Shown one piece after another: positions 32,142-45,039 of a stretch of DNA of 64,000 bases. The notes beneath the pieces are model-generated. The model worked only from the letters and a program-made list of their open reading frames with translations, did no database searches and was not told the DNA's origin. Made by a program: the position numbers and the translations under genes. Numbering within the stretch: position 1 is the first letter of the stretch; each line of letters opens with the position of its first letter. The stretch lies in the NCBI GenBank assembly GCA_030390025.1, contig CM059431.1, forward strand, positions 111,354,001 to 111,418,000. The letters are read 5' to 3'. The DNA comes from Squalus acanthias. Taxonomy: Eukaryota.

Positions 32142-33795
32142 TGTAAAGTTTCGCAATTATCGCGATTCAAAATAACAAGAGAGAAGCAGATTCGTTCGAT
32201 CAGTTTATTTAAACGAAATGCTGTCATGATTATAAAGGACACAGAAGCCTGTAAAATGGCTGCCGCGCATCGTGGCAGAAGCTTCCAGAAATACAGTGGG
32301 CAGACAAGATGGCGTCGAATAAACATTCGATATAAAATTGGATCATACTCGGTAAACATTGATAAAGACAGGATGCAACCTGTTTGCATTTGAAACAATA
32401 GCAAAGATATAAGTGCTGGAATCGTTTTCCATGCACAAGTAAGGACCATTGTACTGGGCAATCGAAGGCCCATCCAGACACAGCAATACACATATACCCC
32501 CACGGCTCTACAATGAGAGAGCCATTCACGGGTGATTAAGTCAGTATTCGAGGAGGCCCCAAAACCAGTCAGGGAGACTCCTAGCCGGTTCGACAATGGG
32601 GAAAACATTAACGGATAGTTGGCCAGTTTCAGGTGCTACCGAAACCCGTTAAAGGAAAGAATCGCCCCATGCTGGGAGTTTTGTGCGCCAATATTTCACA
32701 AAGGACAAACATTAAGATTTGAGCGGGAGATAAGGGAACACAGCACTATAACTATAGTGAACAAACGTCCATCGGTCTCTTGACTCGGGCTGAACTCTTG
32801 ATTCGACTCTTATTCTCCGGGCTCTTGACTCTCTTATCTTGCTGATGACTGCTGAAGCTCTTCCTTAGGGCTGGACATTGTTGACTCTTGACTTTTAGCC
32901 GTACTGGTCGGTTATTCGAATGTTGGGTGGAGCTCAAACGGAACGAGCCGCCTCGACAAGGGCAAGTGACCGGGTGCACCATCCTGAGGGTCGGTAAACG
33001 GTGTCTGGACCCGAAGGCCCGAAGAGACAAGACGAAACGAGACGAGAAGAAGAAGAATCCACGTGCCGCCACGGTCAGTAAACCCCGACCGCGCCCGAAA
33101 ATATAATAAAAGACTCTTCATTGAAATCTACCGACAACCGGTGTCGGTACAGGAAGACTCTTCTTTGAATTTTACAAACGTTCCGAGTTCTACCGAGTTC
33201 TTCATGACAAAAGACGGTCTGGCCTGCTTGTCGCAGCAGCGAAGATAAACAAGTGGGGTACAGAGACCCCTCCAAACACGTGACAGTCAGGCGCTGCAGC
33301 GAACGAGCCGAGCGCCTCACTTTAAAATTCTCCGAAGTATCACGAGTGGTGAGCATGTTTCCCGATCCTACAAATCTAGATGTAGTGTAGGTATTGATAA
33401 GGGAGGGTGGTTTTATTAAGGATAAAGTATAATGTGTTCCCCTTTTTACGATGTGCCGTGCGTTCTTCATTTCCATAGACCAAGCTTTATGAATGTATGT
33501 ATACTTGTACTCTCGTTAATTTGCGCCTATGACATGTACTTCATGATTTTGGACGCTATGCAATAAAGATTTCCATTTCGTACTATTCAACCGGGTCTAT
33601 CTGAGTTTTCTCTGCATTACTGCTTCTGCACCTAAGTCCAGTGTTAGAACCGTAAGGGTGAGTGGGTCGAACCACTCACAGGTGCTTATTGCAATAAGGC
33701 TGGCCGGAGACCAGAGCAAGCAATAGTATTAGGCAACGAAGGCCTAACCTCGTACCAGCACCGTCTGTGATACAAGCACAACAAAAACCCTTACA
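32142..33795 (+). mobile_element. Solo LTR related to the provirus LTR
   Basis: TGTAA...TTACA termini, 4-bp TSD GCCT (32138-32141 and 33796-33799), and colinear homology with the reverse complement of 9767-11420. Confidence 0.9.
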
Positions 33796-35513
33796 GCCTT
33801 TACGCTCAGTCTTTACTTCCATTTTGCAGTCTTTACTTACACCAGTACTTGATGTGTGATGATTGCTGCTGGCGCTAAATCATGTCTCAGAAATTACTGT
33901 GTTCCCACCTGGGAGTTAAAGGAATTTTTGCAGTGATACCGGTCTGAAGTGCTTTAACCGTCACACTTTGGAAAATCACGGACTACAGCTTATTGTGAAA
34001 AATGGTTCCTCCTTATCAACATTAGGCTAAAATCAACAGGTTGCTTATTGTTTTACTTTAAAGATGCAGTAAGCCTTTTATAGCTATGAACATGCTGGCT
34101 TTAATAACTGACAAAAATATGCTGCGTAGATCATTTGCCATCTGTAGGGATAAGTGATCTGCCAATTTTGCTCAGGTGCTGGAGAAATCGCAATGTAGAG
34201 GATATTTCATTTCAGCGAGTCATATCATTTTTGAGAATGATTGAATATATTTCAGATGCTTTGGTTTAACAATTTTGACCAATTTCTAAATTGAAGACCT
34301 AAGAAAATGAAAATGGTAACTTCAACAGTATTTCAGTTTTGATGGGTTTATCTAATACAGTCTGACAGTGTCATAGTGGAACATTAATGGAAGCCTAGCC
34401 TGACTGAACCAATTGACTACCTGCTTCACACAGACTCAGCTTCCTGACTACGATAAATGAAGTTTATCCTACCTCAGCCTTTGCAGACTGCATACATCCC
34501 CACTTCATAAACAGAAGAGGAGTGCTTGCCAGTCTGCAGCTAGAGCTGCCAAAGTAGGGACTGATACTGAAAACCAGCTGGTGCAGCACAGTCATTTCCA
34601 ACTTTTAAAATTCCCCCAATGGCTCGTGTGAAGCTATTGCAACTGTGACATACGTTCAGTTAGAGACTTGTGGAGAGCTCAAGTGGACGACAGAGCATTC
34701 CCTCCGTTTTTATTTTAAGACTAGGTCCAATTCACGTTATCTCCCAAATCCTCACACCCAAGGAAAATCGTAAACTTGCGTGGAAATTGCTTACGGTTAC
34801 TTTAACCCACAAGAGGCGATGGAAGGCTGCAAAGTGAAAACCTGTCGACGGGCATATCACACATTACAAATATAGTGGGCCTCGCTGTAATTGCCCTTCT
34901 AAATGAAATGAAGTCCACCTCACTTGATATCTGCCAGAAAGCCTATTCATCAGGCATTAGGAATCCACTGGTGAAATAACAGAATGCCTTGTGGAGAAGT
35001 GATGAACTCGACTTTCTCCTGTAAATGTAACCATGAAAACCGTGCGCTATAGAAAGTGTCCTGTGATTCAGGGAGCTAACAGGGTGAGGCAGAAAAGAAA
35101 AGAAGCATTTTATAGGATTGTGTGCCCCCCTTCCCCAGGGAATAAGAGAAACCTCCCATATCCCATAATATACAGTGCTATAAAGACATCGGTAGATATT
35201 GTGAGACTCCACTGCTGATATGGAGTCTCAGGAGGTAGAATCAGGTCTACAAATATTAATATTACAATAATAAAGCGACTCAACAGTCACTAATAGCTTT
35301 ATTGCTGTGATATTGGCATTCTATTACTAAAATAGACCTCGCGACAACTTTAAAAATGTTAATCTTTGCTTCGTCTCCCACTGTCTTCCATTGCCCATTC
35401 TCTCGTGTTCCCCGTTGCCTTTTAAAAAAAAATTACTTCTCTTTTTTCAAATCAGCATAACGTATTCTAATAACTCTATTATGTTATTTCTCGAAAATAG
35501 TTGAAACATCATA

Positions 35514-36090
35514 GGGGGGAGTGTTAACCCCCTCTGCCCGATGGAAACTGGGCGAAACGGGAGTTAAAATCAAAGTGGTGGACTTACTGCTCTTTTCACC
35601 CCCCCCCCCCCCCCGCGACAATTTTGACGCCTCTGTTTACTTGGGTGGTTGAAGCTCCCGCCTGACTCAGCCAGGGCCCGCATCAATAAATGTAAATTGA
35701 GGTCCTGTGATGACGTTAGGACCCCAGTACAGTTTTAGCTGCCTATTGGGTGGCAGTCAAACCAGGTGGACATTCAGCGGAGGCCCTGTCAGGCAAGTTT
35801 AAAACATTATTGTAGGAGCCAGGAGGAGCAGGAGTGCTCCTCTGAGACCTACAAAGAAATTCTCACCCTTCCGCCCCGCAAATCCCTCCTTCCCCCCCCC
35901 GGCGACATACCTCTGGGCTGCCCAATTGGGCCAGGCCGCAATCGGGCGAACTGCCTCTGGGTGCCAGTTTCGGGCAGGCAGGTGGCTGGCGAAATTCAAA
36001 TGAGACTTGGCCGATAAAATGGACTGGGCCTCCCACTGCGACTCCTGGGCTGGTCCCGTCAGTTTTCTGCCCTGGAGTTAAGATTCTCCC
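35514..36090. mobile_element. Probable Harbinger-like MITE
   Basis: GC-rich island with imperfect inverted ends: gggagtgttaac ... gttaagattctccc. Confidence 0.4.
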
Positions 36091-38120
36091 TTTGCTTGTG
36101 CTGCTTCTTTTTCCTCAGATTTTCAGGTCCTACCATCCAGAATAGAAGTGGGGCCCTCACATGCAAAACATTCGGCTTCTGCCAGGATAACAAGCTGCGC
36201 CAAAGGTTATTTTTACAGCTGGCCGAGAGTCAAAGGTGAAAGGTTAAGACGTTAACGCCATAGACATAAATCAATGGTCGAAAAACCAGGCGCAGCAAGC
36301 ACCTGAACTTCCAATTAGCACTTCTGGAGGCTAAGGCTCCCCATCGACAGTGCAAATCTGGACAATGACCCTTTATATACTGAGGTTAATCACCCTAATA
36401 CTACAACACTGAGAGTTCAACAATTTTAACATTACAGAGGAAATCTGAAATATGCCATAACTGGTTCAAAATTAAAAGCTGTTTTATCCTATCAATTCAC
36501 ATTATAAAACCTTTTATATTTTATATTAATAGAGGCTTTTTTTTGGATTGGGTGAAAATTTCCCCTCATTCGGTATGCATGAGGATTCAGAATATCACAT
36601 CTCACAGCTGGTTCAATGGGCTGGGAAAATAACGTCGCAAGTTTTTTGTGTACACGGCTGTACATTCAGTTGCGGCTGGAGCCACACTTACTTCGGCACC
36701 GATTATTCCAGAAAAAAAATAGAATCTCTTTCTTATGTAAAATTCTTTTCAGGGGTCGTGTAGGGAGATGCACCAAACAACAACTCTGTCCCTTCGCTTG
36801 CTCATGTGTGGAGAGCGTGTTGGCTGGCTGCTAATGCCTCAGTCATGACCGGCAGGGGTGGATTTCAGGCCTAGATGGCAATAGGCAATTAAACCCTTTC
36901 CACTGAAAGGGACCATCCACATTGCAGTTTCAGCACGGTCCACACAAAACAGGAAGGGCCTTTGGTAAGTAAACCATCTAACATAAGACCAGCCTACAAC
37001 CAGATTAAGAATTAAACGCGTTCCTCAACCAAACTGTAATTAAAAAATTCTTTTAAATCGCACTATGATCCGAGCCAAAGTAAAGTATGGGGTGTAACAT
37101 AATCAGCCCAGTGGCTTGGCAGTTACAGCACATTCTATAAATCCAGCTGGCTGGATTTCCCTCCATATAGCTGCATTAATTATCAATGACATTTTTAAGA
37201 GGGGCGAAGTAATAGAACTTTTTTTAATATTTAAGTAATCATGACCACCATTGTTTAATATATTGTTCGTTAACAATATTTCAAAGCTTTCGTAGCTCCA
37301 AGGTAATGTTCTATTATTTTTTTCCCCCTGCCATCAATTGAACAAAAGACATTTTTCATGGTCGGCTATTTTTTTTTTAAATGTTTCGATGCGGTGACTA
37401 CTCCCTTCCAACTACTTTAGTCCGAAAGCATAAATTCACAAAACAAAATCTTGCAATGCTGCAAAAATAATGTTATTTTCCATCTGGTCACAGCTAGTGC
37501 TACAGTCAAAATGGCAAAACAGCATTGCTCTCTTTTCAAAAATTCTACATTTTTCCATCTGCTTCCTTGTCCTGCTACATGTGAATCACTGGGGCACAGA
37601 CAGATAGATGGCAATCCACCCAGATCCTGATCTTTGCCGAATGCTACACATTTTTCCTGTGCTTCCTGCCAGCATTATTCAAATGCCCCTGACCCTAGGA
37701 TTTAGGACAAGGGCAGGCTCACATTCATCGGGCGGATAGAAGTTCTGCCCAGTCACAAATCCACCCCCAGAAGTCCTCCCCCAGAATTTCAGTCCCAGAT
37801 AAACCAGAGAGAGAATCCACGGATGTTTAGCATTAAACAATAATATAAACATTAATATTCAGGGCACCTTGAGTCTGAGCCAGTTAACATTGCAGTTTAG
37901 CGCAACAGATGCAACTGTTGACTTTTCTATCTTCTGAGAAGGGATAGTTAAACCTGTAAATATACAGTGTCATTGCTTCTATTCATTTATCCATGTATTG
38001 TTTAATAAATCTGTTTGTCAATTTATAGCCTAAGCCAAAATCTGGTGAATATTTCTTCTACTGCCTTCTGAAGTCAAAAAAGTTAATGTCAGGGCATATG
38101 ATATAACCAGTCAGCTAAAA

Positions 38121-38626
38121 CAGTCATTCTCAAATTTTTGGGTTGCAGGACCACTTTTGAAATGGATTAGTAATCACAGACCCACCCCATCTAAATTCTA
38201 ATACTATATAAAACTCATAATATGAAAGCGCTGCATGTAAAGAGTGTTCTTACAATGCTTTTAAGAGAACAAGTATTTACTGACAGATATCAGTGAGATG
38301 GGTGTGCCCCAGTATCATCGATCAACTTTTAGGCGCCCACCACTAGCCTTGGTAACTGCGGGTCTACTCGGCCATCTTCGTGCCGCTCTCAGCGCTCCTC
38401 CATGCGCGCTCCCCTCCTCGGTGAGACAGCCAGCCCACTCTGCTCTGGACGTGTATCAGCCGCACTCCACCCCCGCCTTTCGGCTCGCACCAAGCCTGCC
38501 TCCGGCCGCCGCTTATTCACCTACTCTTGACCATGGCGCCCCGCCGTAAGGCCGGCCCTGCTCGGTACTCACAATATTTTGCGGACCCCCTGGAAAGTCT
38601 CTACGACCCCGGTTTGAGAACCACTA
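38121..38626. mobile_element. hAT (Charlie-like) non-autonomous transposon
   Basis: TIR-like cagtcattctcaaa / tttgagaaccacta with an exact 8-bp TSD agctaaaa (38113-38120 and 38627-38634). Confidence 0.8.
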
Positions 38627-39351
38627 AGCTAAAATACAGTAAGGAGGTCTTTCTGTTCAGTCCCTGGGCACGACAAATTACCTTGATATAGGAAAGTGTA
38701 ACAGCACACTTCAGGCCCTAGAGCACAGGGTTGGTCTGTGAGAGTGATCTGAGAAACTGAACCCAAGAAAATTACTTCAAGTAAAAATCCCAAAACATAC
38801 CAAGGCCTTTCAGCAGCTCTCGTTCCAAGTCACAACGTTTCCTCATTGACCTTATGCTGAACACCTGCCTTCAATGTCGTGGAATGACCTTGCCTTGTGT
38901 CAGCCACCTTGAGGTTCTCAATGTTCAAGTCCAATGCCACATACCAGACTTACTCATCACTAACTGTTTAATCAAGGTCCTCATGTGACGGGGCCTTGGC
39001 AAAATAAGGCTGAATCCCCCTCAGTGACAGATTAGTGTAAACCAGCGGTTTCCCTTCTTTCAGCCACTTTTCCTTTCTGCCACAAATCCATTTCACAGCT
39101 TGGCCTTGGATCTCGGAAGAGGAAGCCTTTCTGTTGCATGCCTAGAGGTTCTAAACCATGGATGAGAATTGTTTGGGCACATATCTTATACACCACTATC
39201 TTAACTGGCATTGAGGTTTTATTGTTGATGAAGAAAGGCAAGAAAGACCAAAGTGTGCTTCGGCCTTTCTCATAGCAGTGTCTCCAGGCTAGAGTTGGCA
39301 TTCGTCAGGAGCCAATATGACACAAAAATGGAAACTGATGTCCCTTCAATC

Positions 39352-39472
39352 GTAGAATCATAGAATCTTACAGCACAGCAGGAGGCCATTCGGCCCATCG
39401 TGCCTGTGCCAGCTCTTTGAAAGAGCTATCCAATTAGTCCCACTCCCCCCTGCTCTTTCCCCATAGCCCTGC
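39352..39472 (-). mobile_element. CR1 3' UTR fragment
   Basis: tagaatcatagaatc tail with 3' UTR homologous to ~17020-17130. Confidence 0.7.
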
Positions 39473-39949
39473 AATCAATACTTTCAAAATCCCCACTTGG
39501 ACCATGCAAAGCCTTAATACTGCACTTGGCAGCACCCACTATCATATCTCACTGGTTAGCTCGTTAATTAAGATGGGTGGGCACAGCGCACACGATGATA
39601 CATTTTGCAACCTCACACTCCCAGCATGCACCAATTCTTGAAGGAAATGGTTTGAAGTATCTCACGGCCCGGATACCAACTCATGTTCCCTTTAATTGAA
39701 CCTTCCCTGCTGAGAGTGTGGGAACACTGAACTTATGCTCACATCTCCAGGTGAGTCCACCAACAACACAATGACTCCGATATTCCTCTGGGTAGTACAC
39801 TCGGGCTGAACTGGCTTTTAGCGCACCAGTAGTGTACCACTTCTTTGAAGCACCTGAAGTTGGTGTCAGGTCTAATTTATATACAGTAGATGAGTAACCG
39901 GCATGTCTTGCACCCGTTTCTGTATTTTTCCACGCCTTACTCACCCTGG

Positions 39950-42060
39950 ATAAGCTCTCGCTGGTTATCATGGTGGCCATTTTGGCATCATTGCTTTGGC
40001 CGGAGGAACGGTTAGAGGAAGAGGAGCAGCAGCTGCACCAACACTCAAGAGGAAAGAGCTCTGGGATTTGTAGCAGTGGCTGACTTCACTCATGTCCAGC
40101 GAGTTATAGACTGCACTCATGTAGCTATCAAGGCACCAGAAGACATGAACGATGCCTTGAAAGCTCAAACCACTGCCATCCAGACTCTCGGCTCCACCTT
40201 GGAGAGAATGGTGGACTAAATAGATAAGGCTTTCAAGGCAATGTTCATGCTCTGCTGTCTGCTCTCCTGCAGATCGGTAAGATGGGAGTGGCAGAGGCAC
40301 AAAGGGAGTGGCATGCATTGCCCTCTTTCAGGACCTCAGCACATCTGTTCCCTCCCAGGGTGCCACTCTCTGTGCTGGTGCTTGGGCGGGATGGAGTGTA
40401 TGATGGTGCTTCCTCAGAAGGATTTCCCTCCTCCGAGGTATCTTGTTCTGGAGGCTCTTGCTTCTGAGAAGGACTGAAAGGAAAGAGAAATGCGACAAGA
40501 GTTAGCCTAGCACTGATGGGCTGGACAGTAGATGATGACAGGCTTCACAATGCAGCTTGATGTAGTCAAGCTGGTTGAATGTACATTTTTCTGAGGTACA
40601 TGAAGGGGTACAAGTAATAGTCGAACAAACTGTTCAGATAAGACCTCAGCCTCAAAATCTCCAATTAGGACAGCTCTCGAGGGGGCCACTGATCCCGGGA
40701 ACTTGCTGCTTCAGCTCGGAGAGGATCGATGATGCTGGGTGTCACTTGTTCGAATCTTACTCCTCTCTCTTGTGTCGTGCGCCATTTTGTCCGGCAGGAA
40801 GAGAGAGTGAGAGCTAGTGAGTGGTTACTGAAATGTAGAGTGCTCATGTGTGGGGCTTCTGCTTGTTGTGTACATGCTGAGCAGGAGAAGCTGCAACATG
40901 CAAGCAGGATGGGGAGGTGTCGAATAGAAAGCAAGTGGCTGGACTGTGAAGTGAGGAGGTAGTCATCAGAGGAGTTCCTTTGTTCTGCAATTGCTACCAT
41001 GTGAGAACAGAAGGCTGTTGATGGCTGCTGTGAAGGCAACAAGCGAGAGGTGAGACTGTGTTTGTAATGAGAATGAGAGGTGGCATAGTGTGCCCATTTG
41101 ATGGGGGCGTAGGGGGAAAGGATGTGATGCAGGAGACTGGATAATTCAGAGTGCTGGGGGAAGGGTGGGGAATGTCTGTTGTCAGGTTTTACTGAGAGAG
41201 ATGGAGAAATTAAGAGCTATACTCACCCTTGCTGCTCTTGACAGCTCAGTGAAATCCTTCTTCTTCTTCTTCTTAGGCAGTCCCTCGGAACCGAGGATGA
41301 CTTGCTTCCACATTAAAAATGAGTTCGCAGGTGACTGATGAGTCCAATGCGGGACCTACAGTCTCTGTCACAGGTGGGGCAGACGGTGGTTGAAGGGGCG
41401 GGTGGGTGGGGTGCTTGGGTTGACGTGCGCTCCTTGCGCTGCTTGCACTTGGCTTCCGCTTGCTCCCGGCGAAGAGACTCGAGGTGTTCGGCGCCTTCCC
41501 GGATGCTTCTCCTCCACTTTGTGCGATCTTGGGCCAGGGATTCCCAGGTGTCGGTGGGGATGTTGCACTTTTTCAAGGAGGCTTTGAGGGTGTCCCTGAA
41601 GCGTTTCCTCTGCCCACCTGGGGCTCTCTTGCCATGTCGGAGCTCCGAGTGAAATATTTCCTACACTGAAGCCAAGTCCTGGGGGTGATAATTCTGGAGC
41701 TGATGATCTCAGCCACCTCTCTCCAGGCCTGGTGAAGGGCCATTTTTGGAATCTGCCTGTCATTGGTAAGAAAGAAAAATGTCTTCCTCACTCTCACCTA
41801 TTTGACCAGGACCTCCAGGGACACTTCAGAAAACCAGGAGCACTTGCTTGCTTGCGACTTATGTCTGCAGAAAATCTTCTTGCCACAATCTCACAGAGCA
41901 ATCTGCCAGAAGGGAATGCAGCCTCCCTTTAAGAGGTGCACTCCCGCCTTAAATAGGCCTAAGGAGGCCCCTCGGAAATTACGCGCTGAAAATGGGCGGG
42001 CTTCCCGTTCCCGACACGACCGGGTGGGAAACCCGCCAGTCAAATTTTTATGAGACCCAG
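39950..42060 (-). mobile_element. Degraded Harbinger Myb/SANT gene remnant
   Basis: AWREVAEIISSRIITPRTWLQCRKYF (~41650-41740) continues beyond the RTE insert. An exon-2-like DKMAHDTRER lies at ~40765-40795. Boundaries are approximate. Confidence 0.6.
41258..41647 (-). mobile_element. RTE-clade LINE 3' fragment
   Basis: GGQRKRFRDTLKASL...CPTCDRDCRSRIGLISHLRTH (C2H2), a (GAA)n tail, and the flanking repeat agtgaaat. Confidence 0.85.
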
Positions 42061-42440
42061 GGGTTAAAATACTCCGAGCCTGAAATTTAGGACAGCAAGT
42101 GCATTTGTACATTCGCCCCCCCACCCCCAGCCCCCCACTCCCATCTCCCCATCCACCGAAACCCATACCGGGGTAAAATCAACCCCACAGTTTCAGGATG
42201 TAAAATATTGGGGACAATTTTAGCATAACCCGCCCATCTGAAAGCTGACGAGATCGGGTGCAATGCTGGTTTTACACACCGCCCGTTTTTACTCTCCGTT
42301 GAAGTCATTGGGCAGGAAGTACAACCGGCATTCCACCCAACCCCGTGGGTTTCCCGCGAGTTAGGATAAAATGACCCCCATTGATACCAGATTTAGCGAT
42401 GTGCAGCTTTTGCAACAAATAGTTTTCCGGACATTAACAT

Positions 42441-42911
42441 AAGAAAAAGAAAGACTTGCATTTGTATAGCGCCTTTCACAACCTCAGGACGTCCCAAAGC
42501 GCTTTACAGCCAATGAAGTACTTTTGAGTGGAGTCACTGTTGTAATGTAGGAAACACGGCAGCCAATTTGCTCACAGCAAGCTCCCACAAACAGCAATGT
42601 GATAATGACCAGATAATCTGTTTTTGTTATGTTGATTGAGGGATAAATATTGGCCAGGACACCAGGGATAACTCCCCTGCTCTTCTTCAAAATAGTGTCA
42701 TGGGATCTTTTACGTCCACCTGAGAGAGCAGACAGGGCCTGGGTTTAACGTCTCATCCGAAAGACAGCTAGGCTGACACTCCAGTGCAGCACTCCCTCAG
42801 CACTGCATTGGAGTGTCAGCCTAGCTTTTTGTGCTCAAGTCTCTGGAGTGGGACTTGAACCCACAGCCTTCTGACCTCAGAGGCGAGGGTGCTACCAACT
42901 GAGCCACAGCT
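42441..42911 (-). mobile_element. Deu-domain SINE (SacSINE1-like)
   Basis: Full-length reverse copy. Confidence 0.85.
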
Positions 42912-43125
42912 TATGCACATACGATTGTACTACGTGCAATACTCCCTTGACAAGGAGGAGACCATTGTTGCGGCCTCTGAATGGTTTCTGTCCAGCAGGT
43001 TATTGGCACCTGATGGCAGTGAAGTGGCGAAACCCTCCGTTGCATCTAGCCGGTCCTCCCTGGTCAGGCTAATGACCTCTCCACAACAAAAGGGTCTTCA
43101 TTATGAAAACAACCCACAGCACGAT

Positions 43126-43567
43126 CTGGTTTTGGTCTCCTTATTTAAGGAAGGATATACTTACATTGGAGGCAGTTCAGAGACGATTCACACGGTTGAT
43201 TCCTGAGATGAGGGGGTTGACTTATGAAGAAAGGTTGAGCAGGCTGGGCCTATACTCATTGGAATTTAGAAGAATGAGAGGTGATCTTATTAAAACATAT
43301 AAGATACTGAGGGGGCTCAACAAGGTAGATGCAGAGAGGATGTTTCCCCTCGTGGGGAAATCTAGAACTCGGGGGCACAGTTTCAGAATAAAGGGTCGCC
43401 CTTTTAGAACTGATATGAGGAGGAATTTCTTCTCTCAGAGGGTCGTAAACCTGTGGAATTCTCTGCCCCAGAGAGCCGTGGAGGCTGGGTCATTAAATAC
43501 ATTTAAGGTGGAGATAGACAGATTTTTACAAGATAAGGGAGTGAAGGGTTATGGGGAGCGGGCAGGG
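43126..43567 (+). mobile_element. Older CR1 3' fragment; it continues at 47936-48036 after the inserted full-length CR1
   Basis: Encodes FWSPYLRKDILTLEAVQRRFTRL...KGYGERAG. The 3' UTR resumes aagtgg...agatcagccatgatc at ~47940. Confidence 0.85.
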
Positions 43568-43904
43568 TAGGCCCACAGAGGTGGCGGACCTGGGTGGAGC
43601 GGCTGCGGCGAGGCGGCGGCTGTAAAAGAGGCGGCGGCGACCAGGTAGGCTTACCAATTGAAGCCCCGAGAGCGAGAGAGAGAGAAGTAAAAAATAATCA
43701 AAGTGTGACGTCACCAGAAAGCAAGTAAGTGATTGGTTGGTGAGTATTTCTCTTTTTATCCTTTCTTCCATACTTAAATTCTGTGGTTTATAGTTTCTAG
43801 AGTCTCTGTGGTGTAGCAAGGGCCCTTGAGTATATCATTTAATTGAAGTGAAATTGGTGGGATTCAATTAGTTTAATTTTAATTAATTAATTAAAGGGTA
43901 AGTC

Positions 43905-44855
43905 ATGGCAGGAGAGCTCAGCGCCGTGATATGCTCCTCTTGCTATATGTGGGAAATCAGGGACGCTTCCTGTATCCCTGACGACCATGTGTGTGGGAAA
44001 TGTATCCAGCTGCAGCTACTGACGGACCGCATTGCGGCGCTGGAGCTGCGGATGGATGCATATTGGAGCATTCGCGACACTGAGAATGTTGTGGATAACA
44101 CGTTTAGCGAGTTGGTCACACCGCGGGTAAAGGGTGTACAGGCAGGAAGTGAATGGGTGTCCACCAGGCAGAGTAAGAGGTGCAGGCAGGTAGTGCAGGG
44201 GTCCCCTGTGGCCATCCCCCTCTCAAACAGATATACCACTTTGGATGCTGTTGGGGGGGATGACTTATCAGGGGAAGGCGGCAGCAGCCAACTTCCTGGC
44301 ACCATGGGTGGCTCTGCTGCACAGGCTGGGAGGAAAAAGTGTGGAAGAGCTATAGTGATAGGGGATTCAATTGTAAGGGGAATAGATAAGCGTTTCTGCG
44401 GCCGCAAACGAGACTCCAGGATGGTGTGTTGCCTCCCTGGTGCAAGGGTCAAGGACGTCTCAGAGCGGCTACAGAACATTTTGGAGGGGGAGGGCGAACA
44501 GCCAGTTGTCGTGGTGCACATAGGCATCAACGATATAGGTAAAAAACAGGATGAGGTCCTAAAAGCAGAATATAGGGGGTTAGGAGGTAAATTAGAAAAG
44601 AGGACCTCAAAGGTAGTAATCTCAGGATTGCTACCAGTGCCACGTGCTAGTCAGAGTAGAAATAGGAGGATATTTCAAATGAATACGTGGCTAGAGGAAT
44701 GGTGCAAGGGGGAGGGATTCAAATTCCTTGGACATTGGAACCGGTTCTGGGGGAGGTGGGACCAGTACAAACGGGACGGTCTGCACCTGGGCAGGGCCGG
44801 GACCGATGTCCTAGGGGGAGTGTTTGCTAGTGCTGTTGGGGAGGGTTTAAACTAA
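43905..44855 (+). CDS. CR1 ORF1p: zinc finger/leucine zipper plus SGNH esterase
   Basis: CSSC...CGKC, leucine heptad, IVIGDS, HIGINDI and DGLHL in an intact 316-aa ORF. Confidence 0.9.
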   Translation: MAGELSAVICSSCYMWEIRDASCIPDDHVCGKCIQLQLLTDRIAALELRMDAYWSIRDTENVVDNTFSELVTPRVKGVQAGSEWVSTRQSKRCRQVVQGSPVAIPLSNRYTTLDAVGGDDLSGEGGSSQLPGTMGGSAAQAGRKKCGRAIVIGDSIVRGIDKRFCGRKRDSRMVCCLPGARVKDVSERLQNILEGEGEQPVVVVHIGINDIGKKQDEVLKAEYRGLGGKLEKRTSKVVISGLLPVPRASQSRNRRIFQMNTWLEEWCKGEGFKFLGHWNRFWGRWDQYKRDGLHLGRAGTDVLGGVFASAVGEGLN

Positions 44856-45039
44856 AGTGGCAGGGGGTTGGGAACCTGAGCAGGGAGACAGAGGAAAGGG
44901 AAACAAGGATAAAAGCTAAAGACAGGAAGGAGAAAAACAAAAGTAGAAGGCAAAGAACTCAACGGTTTAAATCAAACATGGTCACAGTAAATAATAATTC
45001 ATATAGGTCTGAGAGTGTTAAAAAAACAAGCCTGAAGGC

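Noticed and set aside
32087..32608. 173-aa ORF and other short ORFs inside the LTRs
   Set aside because: They are not conserved as ORFs between the two LTRs and show no motifs.
32142..33795. Solo LTR as the missing 3' LTR of the provirus
   Set aside because: It is in the opposite orientation, on the wrong side, diverged, and has its own 4-bp TSD.
36752..36970. Possible host exon between ttttcag and gtaagt
   Set aside because: The frame I read has a stop, there is no recognisable protein similarity, and no partner exons are visible.
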